From positions 864,001 to 928,000 of the forward strand of contig OZ257156.1 in assembly GCA_965279375.1 (NCBI GenBank): a stretch of DNA of 64,000 bases. Reading direction: 5' to 3'. The stretch comes from Gemmatimonas sp. (lineage in GTDB: Bacteria > Gemmatimonadota > Gemmatimonadetes > Gemmatimonadales > Gemmatimonadaceae). The position numbers were made by a program, and so were the translations under genes. A model generated the notes under the pieces. It saw only the letters and a program-made list of their open reading frames with translations. It made no database searches and had not been told where the DNA came from. Positions 1-9,479 of this stretch are shown here, one piece after another (position 1 is the stretch's first letter; each line of letters starts with the position of its first letter).

Positions 1-774
1 CTTCATACCGGGGAGGGTCATGTCGGCGCCGTACATCGCCGTGCCGGTCGTCATCGGCACCAGATCGATCGAGCGCATCGCCTTGCCTTCCCACCGACGC
101 TCACTCGGCGACTTGATGCGCACGCGCGTCTTCGCCGGCATCGGCATCGTGCGCGCTGTTGCCACCAACGCGCCGAACGCTTTCGTGCGACCGCTCGCCG
201 TGTGCACCACTTCGCCGTTGCGCGCCTTCACGTCCGCGGCAGCAACGCCCCACTCCTTGGCGGCCGCGTCTTCCAGCAGTGCGCGTACCGTGGCACCGGC
301 CTCGCGATACTTCGACAGGAAGTCGCGCACACTCGTGGAACCGTCGGTGTTCTGGCTGCCGTACTTCGGTTCGTCGCCGTGTGCCTGCTCCACACGGCAC
401 TTGGTCCAGTCGGCTTCCATCTCGTCGGCGATGATCATCGGCATCGTGGTACGAATGCCCTGCCCCATCTCCGAGCGATGACAGAAGATCGTGACGATGC
501 CGTCCTCTCCGACACGAACGTACACGTGTGGCTCCCACGGATCAGCGAACGCATCAGCGGGTGCGCCTTCCGCGGCGAGACGACGCACGCCGAGCGTGCT
601 GGCGGCGATCAAGAGGCCGCCTGCGCCCAGCAGCTTGAGCACGTCGCGACGATGCGTTAAACCAGCGGGAGATTCGGCGCGATCGCTCGTCGCCTGCTGC
701 TGCCCCATCGCCGAGTCGAGATCTGTGGTTGCCTGCGCGGTCGAGATCCAGGGCAGTCGCGTTGGCGCGCTCAT
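1..774 (-). CDS. Molybdopterin-binding oxidoreductase large subunit (isoquinoline 1-oxidoreductase beta / xanthine dehydrogenase family), 5' part, runs off window
   Basis: Manual translation from ATG 774 (ATGA overlap with upstream stop): Tat-like RRDVLK, then [28 protein letters not shown]. Confidence 0.9.
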   Translation of the reverse strand, partial: MSAPTRLPWISTAQATTDLDSAMGQQQATSDRAESPAGLTHRRDVLKLLGAGGLLIAASTLGVRRLAAEGAPADAFADPWEPHVYVRVGEDGIVTIFCHRSEMGQGIRTTMPMIIADEMEADWTKCRVEQAHGDEPKYGSQNTDGSTSVRDFLSKYREAGATVRALLEDAAAKEWGVAAADVKARNGEVVHTASGRTKAFGALVATARTMPMPAKTRVRIKSPSERRWEGKAMRSIDLVPMTTGTAMYGADMTLPGMK

Positions 775-1322
775 GGCATCTTCTCCGCAGCGGCCTTGAT
801 CGCCGCACGAATCCGTGGGTACGTACCGCAGCGACAGATGTGCCCGTTCATCGCCGCATCGATGTCGTTGTCGCCCGGCTTCGCGTTGCGCGCCAGCAGC
901 CCTGCGGCCTGCATGATCTGTCCGCTCTGACAGAAGCCGCATTGCGGCACGTCGATGTCGCGCCAAGCCACCTGCAGCGGATGCTCACCGCTGGGGTGCA
1001 GTCCTTCGATCGTCGTGACGTTCGCTCCGCTCAGCGTCTGCATGCGTCGCTGGCAGGCCCGCGTCGGTGTGCCGTTCACGTGTACCGTGCACGCGCCGCA
1101 CTGCGAGATGCCGCAGCCATACTTGGTGCCGGTCAACGCGAGATCGTCGCGCAGAAACCAAAGCAGCGGCATCATCGGGTCGCCGTCGTACGTGCGACTC
1201 TTGCCATTGACGGTGAGACTGACTGCGATCGTCGTGGGGGCGGCGTGCGCGTCGGTCGACGACGCGACGGGACTGTGAACGTCAGGCGTCACGGACTGCT
1301 CCGGAGGGAGTGGATGCGGCAC
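771..1322 (-). CDS. (2Fe-2S)-binding small subunit of the Mo-oxidoreductase
   Basis: [24 protein letters not shown] and HICRCGTY motifs; start may lie ~30 nt downstream. Confidence 0.95.
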   Translation of the reverse strand: MPHPLPPEQSVTPDVHSPVASSTDAHAAPTTIAVSLTVNGKSRTYDGDPMMPLLWFLRDDLALTGTKYGCGISQCGACTVHVNGTPTRACQRRMQTLSGANVTTIEGLHPSGEHPLQVAWRDIDVPQCGFCQSGQIMQAAGLLARNAKPGDNDIDAAMNGHICRCGTYPRIRAAIKAAAEKMP

Positions 1323-1385
1323 GCACCGTCGGTGCAGGCCGCTCGCGAATCTGCACCAGCCTAACGACTCTGGCTACTTCACTGG

Positions 1386-2330
1386 CTACTTCGCCGTCCA
1401 GAATGGATCGGTGGTGGGTACGGCTTGCGTCTTGATGCCGGGAAGGAGCGGCTGCAGCCAACGCACCAGCTCATCCGAACCGGCCTGCTCCGACGGAACA
1501 TGCCCAAGCACAATCAAGGCCTTCTTGCGTCCCTGCGAGATCAGATCGGCCGCATAGGGAACCGTCTCCCATTCACGCGCCTCGCCGATGATGACGACCT
1601 CGACATCATCGCGCACGAGCATCGAGCGATGCATGTCGAAACCGGAGGCACCCGGCAGATAGGCCACGCGCGTCACGCGCAGATCGCGATCCCCCACGAC
1701 CCGCACCGACTGCGCGCGGAGTGCCTTACCGACCGATGCAGCGAGCGCTCCTACGGTGGTAGACGGTACAGTGACGACCGGCTGGCTTGGCTGCTGCTGG
1801 TAGTTCGTCCAGCCTAGCTCGCGGAAGACACCCGCCACGACAGGATCCACCGCTCGCGCCGGGAAGTGCCAGTGATCGTGCAGGCGAAACACCACCAGGT
1901 GATGCTCGCGAATGAACGCGCGCTTGGCCGCGGTGACCGGATCACGCGACAGCTCGAGGCCGGTGAGCCTGTCCTCGTGCGAGTAGAACGTCGGTTCGTG
2001 CGTGATGATGAGATTGAGCCCACTGGCCGCCGCGCGTTGCAACACGTCCATCGTGGCCATCATCGTCACCGCCACACCCGTCACCGGCGTGTTTGGATCG
2101 CCATCCTTGAAGCTGTCGATGCCCGTATCAGACCACGTGCCCTTGAGCTCTGCCTTGATGCGATCCATCACCTGCAGCGCGGACATCGGTGCGGACGTTC
2201 CTGCTGCGGCCTTCGTGCCCGACGGCGTACCTGACTGCGCGCGCACAGCTCGCATCGGCGCGTGCAATGCGAACGCACCAAGCGCCAGCGCGATCACACC
2301 CCGCATCTGAATTCGCGTCGGAGTCCGCAT
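1386..2330 (-). CDS. Nif3-like dinuclear metal protein with signal peptide
   Basis: IITHEP, FRLHDHWH and LGHVPSE motifs; hydrophobic N-terminus ending VRA-Q. Confidence 0.8.
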   Translation of the reverse strand: MRTPTRIQMRGVIALALGAFALHAPMRAVRAQSGTPSGTKAAAGTSAPMSALQVMDRIKAELKGTWSDTGIDSFKDGDPNTPVTGVAVTMMATMDVLQRAAASGLNLIITHEPTFYSHEDRLTGLELSRDPVTAAKRAFIREHHLVVFRLHDHWHFPARAVDPVVAGVFRELGWTNYQQQPSQPVVTVPSTTVGALAASVGKALRAQSVRVVGDRDLRVTRVAYLPGASGFDMHRSMLVRDDVEVVIIGEAREWETVPYAADLISQGRKKALIVLGHVPSEQAGSDELVRWLQPLLPGIKTQAVPTTDPFWTAK

Positions 2331-2334
2331 GTCG

Positions 2335-3198
2335 CTACGCCGGCCCGGTCGCCACCGGCGTATCCGTCGCACTCCCCCACTCGGTCCAGCTGCCGTCAAA
2401 CACCGCCGTGTCGTGCGCGCCAAGCACATCGAGCGCGAGCACCACCGCACACGCCGTCACCCCCGTGCCGCAACTGGCCACGATCGGACGCGTCAGATCG
2501 AGTCCCGCATCCGCAATGATGCCTCGCAGCGCATCCGCATCACGCAGCGTGCCGTCGGCGTTCACCAGCGACGCGTAGTGCACGTTGACGCTACCCGGGA
2601 TATGACCACCGCGCACACCGGCTCGTGGTTCCGCCTCGGTGCCCTGAAAGCGACCCGGCGACCGTGCATCCACGACCTGCGCCGTGCGCGATGAGAGATT
2701 CGCCTTCATTGCCGCAATGTCGCGCACACGGTCCGCGTGCAGCGTGGCGCTGAACGTCGCGGGCACCACCGGCGCGATCTCCGCCGTCACTGCGCGGCCC
2801 TCGGCGCGCCACTTGAGCAGACCGCCATCCAGCAGCGCAACGTTCGTGTGTCCGAACGTACGCAGCATCCACCACAGGCGCGGCGCGCTGAAGTTCTGCC
2901 CCGACGTGTCATAAACCACCACGTCGTCACCGCTGCCGATTCCTAACGCTCCAATGCGATCAGCGAAGGCCGCGGCGCCGAGCAGTGTGTGCGGAAAGGG
3001 CGCCGACTCATCGCTCAGCCACGCGAAGTCCGCGAACACCGCCCCGGGAATGTGCGCCGCGTCGTACTCGGCGCGCGAGTTGCGGTTGGCGTTGGGGAGA
3101 TACATGCTCGCGTCCACGACGCGCAGACGCGGGCGGCCGAGCTGTTCAGCAAGCCAGCTCGTCGATACGAGCGGCGTGGGGAGTGCGAGATTGGACAT
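2335..3198 (-). CDS. sseA: 3-mercaptopyruvate sulfurtransferase (two rhodanese domains)
   Basis: HIPGA, GHIPGS, active loop CGTGVTA, FDGSWTEW. Confidence 0.9.
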   Translation of the reverse strand: MSNLALPTPLVSTSWLAEQLGRPRLRVVDASMYLPNANRNSRAEYDAAHIPGAVFADFAWLSDESAPFPHTLLGAAAFADRIGALGIGSGDDVVVYDTSGQNFSAPRLWWMLRTFGHTNVALLDGGLLKWRAEGRAVTAEIAPVVPATFSATLHADRVRDIAAMKANLSSRTAQVVDARSPGRFQGTEAEPRAGVRGGHIPGSVNVHYASLVNADGTLRDADALRGIIADAGLDLTRPIVASCGTGVTACAVVLALDVLGAHDTAVFDGSWTEWGSATDTPVATGPA

Positions 3199-3244
3199 GC
3201 AGTGGATATACGACGCCGGTGCGTGACCGTGCAACCGTCGCGTG

Positions 3245-3718
3245 CTACTCCGCGCGCACCCACGTCTGCGACCGACCGATCAGCGAGAAGCCGATGAATC
3301 CACGCAACACCAGCTTCTTCCCGCCATCGGCCAGCTTGATCTTGGCCTTGTAGACCTTGCCTGTATCCGGATCGAGCACTTCACCGCCAGTCCATTCGTC
3401 GCCATTGGCGCGCAGCCCTGTAAGAATGTCCATCCCCTCGATGGGTTTGCCTTTTCGCGCGCCGGGACACTTGTCGCAGGTCGCATTGACCGGCTCATCC
3501 TTGCGCAGCGTCCCTCGCGCCGTGCCGATGAAGACTCCCTTCTCCTCGCGAATCTCCACGATGCCGCGTGGCTTTCCGTCTACGTCGCTGATGGTATGCC
3601 ACATACCCACGGGGGAGGACAGCTTGCTCCCTTGCGCCAGCGCGCCGCGCAGCGGGACCACGGCAAGGCTAGCTGCCAGCAGCAGCGTTCGGACGACAGC
3701 GGCAACCGGACGGGGCAT
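3245..3718 (-). CDS. DUF2147 family exported protein
   Basis: SPVGMW, CDKC, GEVLDPDTGKVY, LRGFIG..LIGRSQTW. Confidence 0.9.
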   Translation of the reverse strand: MPRPVAAVVRTLLLAASLAVVPLRGALAQGSKLSSPVGMWHTISDVDGKPRGIVEIREEKGVFIGTARGTLRKDEPVNATCDKCPGARKGKPIEGMDILTGLRANGDEWTGGEVLDPDTGKVYKAKIKLADGGKKLVLRGFIGFSLIGRSQTWVRAE

Positions 3719-3870
3719 GAGACTCGACAAGAGGGTTTGAAGGACGCAGCTACGACACACCGATCTATCAACGACAGGTTCTACGCTGCAACATAGGAAG
3801 GGTTTCGCCAACGCCATGCGGATCACGTCAGACGAGACACGCACCACTTCCAAGCGTACGGAGCACACGG

Positions 3871-5184
3871 ATGCCGATTGATCGACGCGAGCTGCTGGGC
3901 GCGCTGGGTGGACTCGCCGCGTCACGCGCACTCGGCTTGTCCGGGCAAGGCGTACTGCATACCGGCTCGATACTTACACACCGCGACACGGCCGATCGTT
4001 TCGCCGACGCCGTGATGCCGGGCGCGCGTGCCGAGTTTCCTCGCAAGGACGACTTCGCCATCGACGCCGGTGTCACGTTCTTGAACGCCGCCTATACACA
4101 CCCGGTTCCGAAGGTCGCCGTCCAGGCCGCACGCCGCGGCGCCGAATGGCGGGGCACGATGCGCGCCACCATGGACGTACCCGCCGCACCGAGCCCCAAG
4201 GAGCTGTTCGCGAAGCTCATCAACGCCAAGCCGTCGGAGATTGCGCACGTTTCGAGCACGAGCGCAGGAGAGAATCTGGTGATGCGCGCGTTACAGCTCG
4301 ATCACCGCTTCGACGGCAATGTCGTCACGGATGGGCTCCATTTCGAAGGCGCGCTCATGCATCTCGACGCACTGCGTCAACGCGGACTCGACGTGCGCGT
4401 GGTCCAGCCCACGACAGATGCCCGCATCGACCTCAAGGAGCTCGAGCGGCGCATCGATCGCAAGACGCGGCTCGTACAGATCAGCGCAACCGCGAGCTAC
4501 AACGGCTTCCAGCACGATCTCAAGGCCGTCGCCGATCTCGCTCACGCGCACGGCGCACTCGTGTACGCGGACATCGTGCACGCTGCCGGCGCGGAGCCGC
4601 TCGATGTGCAAACGTGCGACATCGACTTCGCCGCCTGCTCGAGCTTCAAATGGCTCATGGCAGACTTCGGACTTGGCTTTCTGTACGCGCGCGAACGCAC
4701 GTGGGATCGCCTCACCCGCCCGGTCGTCGGCTACTATCAGGCCGCCGACATCGACGCGAACTATCCGCCCAATCTGCCGTCGGGCGCATACGTCCCGGTG
4801 CAGTACTCGTTCAATCGCAGCGCGAGTGGTTTCTTCGAAATGGGATCACTCACAGGACGCCCCGAAGCGGGCGTTGCGCTCCTTGCCAGCTCACTGAGCT
4901 ACTTGCTCGCACTCGGCGTGCACAACATCGCCGCCCATCGGCAGCCGCTCATCGACAAGCTGCGTCTGGAAATGCCGCGACTCGGCTTTCAGTCGGCCAC
5001 GCCAGCGAACTCCACCAGCGGCATCATCACCTTCACCAAGCGCGGACTGGCCGAGTCGGATGTGGCCAAGCGCCTCGCCGCCGCGAAGATCAACCTGCGG
5101 TTAACCCCGCACTGGCTGCGCGTGTCGCCGTCTGTCTACAACGACATGGCCGACGTCGAGCGCCTGCTCGAGGCGCTCGCGTAA
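3871..5184 (+). CDS. PLP-dependent class V aminotransferase-fold enzyme with Tat signal
   Basis: DRRELL Tat motif; ADIVH, SSFKWL (PLP lysine), LRVSPSVYN. Confidence 0.85.
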   Translation: MPIDRRELLGALGGLAASRALGLSGQGVLHTGSILTHRDTADRFADAVMPGARAEFPRKDDFAIDAGVTFLNAAYTHPVPKVAVQAARRGAEWRGTMRATMDVPAAPSPKELFAKLINAKPSEIAHVSSTSAGENLVMRALQLDHRFDGNVVTDGLHFEGALMHLDALRQRGLDVRVVQPTTDARIDLKELERRIDRKTRLVQISATASYNGFQHDLKAVADLAHAHGALVYADIVHAAGAEPLDVQTCDIDFAACSSFKWLMADFGLGFLYARERTWDRLTRPVVGYYQAADIDANYPPNLPSGAYVPVQYSFNRSASGFFEMGSLTGRPEAGVALLASSLSYLLALGVHNIAAHRQPLIDKLRLEMPRLGFQSATPANSTSGIITFTKRGLAESDVAKRLAAAKINLRLTPHWLRVSPSVYNDMADVERLLEALA

Positions 5185-5195
5185 CACAACGCGCA

Positions 5196-5597
5196 TCATG
5201 GCTTACCGATGAGTGCTCGCACACGCGCATCGCGGATATAGAGCGCCAGCCACATCACCGTCGCGAAGTAGACGGGAGACAGGATGTGTGTGAAGAATGG
5301 GTTCTGCACCCGCACGTGGGTCGCCACCGCACCGCCGAAGTACGCGGTCCACAGCAGTGCACCAAACGGCGCGGTACGCGGGATCAGCAACAGCAGCAGG
5401 CAGACCGCTTCAATGACCGCGATCGGTGCAAGAACGCCCGCTGGATAGCCAAGTTGCATCGTGCCATCGATCGCCTCCTTGGAAGAGGAGAGCTTCATGC
5501 TGGCGTCGAACGCCAGAAAGACGACAACAAGGCCGAAGAGGACGCGACCCGTCCATTGCGCGGTGCGCGAGCTGAGCAATCCTGGCGTGTTTGACAT
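5196..5597 (-). CDS. DoxX family membrane protein
   Basis: Four hydrophobic segments; GALLWTAYFGGAVATH. Confidence 0.85.
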   Translation of the reverse strand: MSNTPGLLSSRTAQWTGRVLFGLVVVFLAFDASMKLSSSKEAIDGTMQLGYPAGVLAPIAVIEAVCLLLLLIPRTAPFGALLWTAYFGGAVATHVRVQNPFFTHILSPVYFATVMWLALYIRDARVRALIGKP

Positions 5598-5704
5598 GAT
5601 CCAGCGGTGTCGGTGAGGAGAGTGCGAGTGCGAGAATCGGCACTGCACCGCTTTGACCTCATTCCACCCGCGAAATCATCGGTCGCGCGCGACACTGACC
5701 GCGA

Positions 5705-6082
5705 TCAGCGACTCGGCGCTATCGCGGCTCGCCACACCCACCAGATCAGCAGCGGCTGCAACGGCAGCCGCGCCCAGAGCATCGTGACGTAGAGCGCCGA
5801 TCCACCCGTCGCCCGCGCGTTGAGCAGCATCTGGACGTTGGCGGGGAACACCGCAACCAGCAGCGCGATCAGCCCCCACCCGGCGGCCACGCGCGTCGCG
5901 GGCACCAGCAATCCCGCCGCCCCCAGCAGCTCGGCGACGCCGCTCAGCTGCACAGCCAATCGCGCGTTGGGCACCCACGCCGGCACGATCGACTCGAAGA
6001 CGCGCGGCACGAGGAAGTGCGCGACGCCCGCCACGGCAAAGAGCAGTGCGAGCCCGCGCACAGATCTGCTGGATGCCGCCAC
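5705..6082 (-). CDS. DoxX-like membrane protein
   Basis: AGVAHF, SGVAE, AVFPANV, RLPLQ. Confidence 0.85.
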   Translation of the reverse strand: MAASSRSVRGLALLFAVAGVAHFLVPRVFESIVPAWVPNARLAVQLSGVAELLGAAGLLVPATRVAAGWGLIALLVAVFPANVQMLLNARATGGSALYVTMLWARLPLQPLLIWWVWRAAIAPSR

Positions 6083-6086
6083 TCAG

Positions 6087-6725
6087 CTACGGTGCCGCGT
6101 AGTAGAGCACCGCGAAGTAGTGACACGCGCTCCCGCCCATTACGAACAGATGCCACACCGGATGCGACCAGCTCTTGCGCGCCAGATAAAACACGCAGCC
6201 GCCAGTGTAAAACAGTCCGCCCGCACCCAGGAGCATGAGGCCTGCGGTAGGCAGCACGTGCATCATCGGCTTGAGCGCGATGATGATCACCCAGCCCATC
6301 GCGATGTACATCGCGGTCGAGGCCTTCTGGAAGCGCGCGCCGAACTTGAGCTTGAAGAGCACGCCGAGCGCCGCGAGCGTCCAGATGATGCCGAAGATCG
6401 CCCAGCCCCAGGTGCCACGCAGCACACCCAGCGTGAAGGGCGTGTACGTGCCGGCGATGAGCAGGTAGATCGCCGCGTGGTCCACGATGCGCAGCTTCTG
6501 CTTGAGCGTCGGATGCGGAATCGCGTGGTAGAGCGTCGATGCCGCATACAGTGCAATCAGGGTGGCACCAAAGACGCTCGCGCCGATGATCGTCAGTCGT
6601 TCACCGCGCGCCGCCGCGCTCAGTACCAGAATCGGTAGCCCGATCAGACTGAGCACGAACCCGATGCCATGGGTCAGGGCGTTCAGCAATTCTTCCTGCG
6701 TGGAGGCAACGCGGTCGTGGCTCAT
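6087..6725 (-). CDS. Hemolysin III / PAQR family membrane protein
   Basis: EELLNALTHG, STLYH, DHAAIYLLIAGTYTP, HPVWHLFV. Confidence 0.95.
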   Translation of the reverse strand: MSHDRVASTQEELLNALTHGIGFVLSLIGLPILVLSAAARGERLTIIGASVFGATLIALYAASTLYHAIPHPTLKQKLRIVDHAAIYLLIAGTYTPFTLGVLRGTWGWAIFGIIWTLAALGVLFKLKFGARFQKASTAMYIAMGWVIIIALKPMMHVLPTAGLMLLGAGGLFYTGGCVFYLARKSWSHPVWHLFVMGGSACHYFAVLYYAAP

Positions 6726-6789
6726 TCAGGAAAGCTACCACCAACTATCGTGCCCTGCCCGAATCGCTCAGCCGCTGGCGCGACCGGCG

Positions 6790-8208
6790 TCAGGTTCTTC
6801 CACGTTTTGTCCACACGATGATCGCGCCGCAGTTGTTGCTCGTGATGAATTGCGCCGGCACCGTTTGCGCACGCGAGTAGACCTCGATCCCGTACAGGTC
6901 CTCGGGTCGGAAGAAGGTCAGCTCGTCGATCGACGACCGACGGCCGTCGAGGTACAGGTCCGGAGCACAGGTGGACGCGCCACGGTTGATCAGAACGTTC
7001 GCCAGCACACCGCGCCGTTGCACCTGTACTGCGGGTAGTCCCTGTAGCGCGCTGGCCATATCGCTGCGTCCCACCAGGTCCTTCTCGCTCACGTAGTAGC
7101 CGAAACCGGTCTTCTTTCGCTCCTCGAACGCGGTCTGCTCCGCCGACACCTTCCTGTCGGCCACGACGTTCATGCGGGCCAACACCGTTGCCGGTGGCAG
7201 ATCGAGCAACACCTCGGTCGAGCGGCCGGGACGCAGATCCACCTGCATCACCAAGGGTCCGTTCCCCAGCTTGAGCACTCGCACCAGCTGGGTTCCCGCT
7301 GGCAATCCACCGATCGCAAACGCGCCGGTAGCATCCGAGCGACCGCTCGTATCGGCGCTCGGCAGGGTGATCAGCGCGTTCACCACCGGCATCCCCTTCG
7401 CGTCGCGCACCATGCCGCGCAGCGTCGCCGTCCCGCGTGCACGCACCCGCGGCGGTACCACCGGCGCGCCCATGCGACTCGTGGAGCGAGGCACCGTGTC
7501 CTGTACCGGCACACGCATTTCGTTGCTCACGAAAAAATCTCGGCGACTGATGCGCGACGTCCCCAACTGCAACTCCGCGTTACCCGCCGACATCTCCCCC
7601 GCGCCCACCTCGATGCTCAGCGCGACATCGGTGGGGAGTCCGCACGCGTAGTAGTTGCCCGTGCTGTCGCTCCGTGCCACCGACACCGGCCGATCCATCA
7701 CCACCTGCCGCCCATTGGACTCGTACGACCACCACTGCACGATCACGCGCGCACCCTGCAGCCGCACATCGTTTGCCGCGTTGATGATGCTGCCGTACAC
7801 GATGCCGCTGTCACCGCGGACGGCGATCGTGCGCGGACACAACGAACGCCACATAGTGGCAAAACTGGGCGTGCCCATCGGCACCGCAACCTCCTGCCCA
7901 GCGATCACATTCACATCGCGCGAAAGCGAAAAGAGCCCCAGCGAATCGAGCGACGGCGCCGACAGACTCAGCGAACGTCGACCGACCGGCACGCTGTCGA
8001 GCGTGAAGATGCCACGCTCATCCGTCACGCCGATGCGCGACGAGCCGGATACCAGCACCGTCGCACCCGCCAACGGCCGGTTCCACAGACTGTCGAACAC
8101 CACGCCGCGGATCTTGCCCACCGCCTGCGCATGCGCGGTCGCCGGCAACGCCGTCAACAGCGCGCCCAGCGCAACGCAGGCCAACCGCCCAACAAGCGTT
8201 GCCGTCAT
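6790..8208 (-). CDS. Exported protein with carboxypeptidase-regulatory-like domains and a C-terminal TonB-plug-like domain
   Basis: Signal peptide; IRGVVFD and LRGMVRD repeats; C-terminal IEVYSR..CGAIIVWTK. Confidence 0.75.
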   Translation of the reverse strand: MTATLVGRLACVALGALLTALPATAHAQAVGKIRGVVFDSLWNRPLAGATVLVSGSSRIGVTDERGIFTLDSVPVGRRSLSLSAPSLDSLGLFSLSRDVNVIAGQEVAVPMGTPSFATMWRSLCPRTIAVRGDSGIVYGSIINAANDVRLQGARVIVQWWSYESNGRQVVMDRPVSVARSDSTGNYYACGLPTDVALSIEVGAGEMSAGNAELQLGTSRISRRDFFVSNEMRVPVQDTVPRSTSRMGAPVVPPRVRARGTATLRGMVRDAKGMPVVNALITLPSADTSGRSDATGAFAIGGLPAGTQLVRVLKLGNGPLVMQVDLRPGRSTEVLLDLPPATVLARMNVVADRKVSAEQTAFEERKKTGFGYYVSEKDLVGRSDMASALQGLPAVQVQRRGVLANVLINRGASTCAPDLYLDGRRSSIDELTFFRPEDLYGIEVYSRAQTVPAQFITSNNCGAIIVWTKRGRT

Positions 8209-9479
8209 CGCTTGGCGGGCGTCTCCGGCACCGCACTCACCGACGCCAGCAGCCGCTGCACGAAACCATCCATCGCACTCGTCTCGATCCATCGCACCAC
8301 CGCCACCACGTCGTTCACAGGGTCCACGTAGATCATGTTCGTGCCGTTCCCCAGATGCACAAACGCTGCCGCCGGCGCACTCGCCAGATACTTGCGATCG
8401 GTGTTGAGGAACCAGTTCATGAAGCCGTACGTCGGCTGCGCCTTGGTAGGCGTGGTGGCCATCGTCACCCACGCGTCAGACAGCAACCGTTTGTCCTTCC
8501 ACTGACCGCGGCGCAGCGTGAGCAGTCCAAAGCGCGCCATGTCCCGCGCGTTGATGAACAGTCCGCCGCCCCAGTGGCCGCCTCCGCTCACCGACTGTAC
8601 CACGCGACCGTCCAGCACGATCCACGAGTTGTCGTAGCCGTACCACCGCCACGTGTTCGTCGCGCCGATCGGGTCCATGATCTGCTCGCGCAACACTTCC
8701 GGCAGCGGCCTGCGCCACACGTTGAGCGCCGCCAGTGCAAGCGCGTTCACCCGCACATCGTTGTACTCGTAAACACTGCCCGGCTCCACGCGCGGGCGAT
8801 TCGTCCACGTGTTGGGCGCACCGGTCGGACGATCGGCCCACTCGGGCTTCCCCCACAACGTCCCTTCCCAGTCGCTCACCTGACGCAGCATGTGATCCCA
8901 CGTCAGCCGACGATTGTGCGGCGTGTCGAATGGCTTGAGCCATCGCCCTTCGCTCGGCGCATCCGCCGCGACACCGCGCGCCGGCTCCCCCGCCATGAGA
9001 ATCGGGCCGATCGCCTTGGCCACCGTGTCGTGCACGCTCTTGATCAGCCCTTTGTCGTATGCGAGGCCTACCACAGTGGACAGCATGCTCTTGGTGACGC
9101 TGTGCGTCATCTCCACCGCGTCGGGATCGCCCCACTCCGCCACCACGTAGCCCTTCCGCACGATCACGCCGGTCATCGCACCTCGCGGCGCAATCGGCCC
9201 CGTCGCCTGTCCGAACGGCTCGCGTCCGAAGGTCTGGTAGTGATTCACTTCCAGGTCGCGCGGATTCTTGCTCTCACCAGCGATCGCGAACGCAATCGCG
9301 TCCGCCAGCTTTGCCGAGTCGAGCCCCACCTGCACCGCGCGCCGACGCTGCCAACCCGCGTTACCCGCGTCAGGATAGTACGCGTTGGCTGGCACGGTCC
9401 ACGTGGCCTGCGCCGAGAGTGTCGAAGCGAGTAGCGCCGACGCCGACACAAACGTCATCGCTGCAAGGACACGCTTCAC
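8205..9479 (-). CDS. Serine hydrolase, beta-lactamase family
   Basis: SVTK (SxxK), YEYND, ARDMARFG; signal peptide. Confidence 0.9.
   Translation of the reverse strand: MKRVLAAMTFVSASALLASTLSAQATWTVPANAYYPDAGNAGWQRRRAVQVGLDSAKLADAIAFAIAGESKNPRDLEVNHYQTFGREPFGQATGPIAPRGAMTGVIVRKGYVVAEWGDPDAVEMTHSVTKSMLSTVVGLAYDKGLIKSVHDTVAKAIGPILMAGEPARGVAADAPSEGRWLKPFDTPHNRRLTWDHMLRQVSDWEGTLWGKPEWADRPTGAPNTWTNRPRVEPGSVYEYNDVRVNALALAALNVWRRPLPEVLREQIMDPIGATNTWRWYGYDNSWIVLDGRVVQSVSGGGHWGGGLFINARDMARFGLLTLRRGQWKDKRLLSDAWVTMATTPTKAQPTYGFMNWFLNTDRKYLASAPAAAFVHLGNGTNMIYVDPVNDVVAVVRWIETSAMDGFVQRLLASVSAVPETPAKR

Noticed and set aside
1331..1392. gcctaac plus a small hairpin and 11-bp duplication as an attC
   Set aside because: No matching GTT arm or attC-like palindrome
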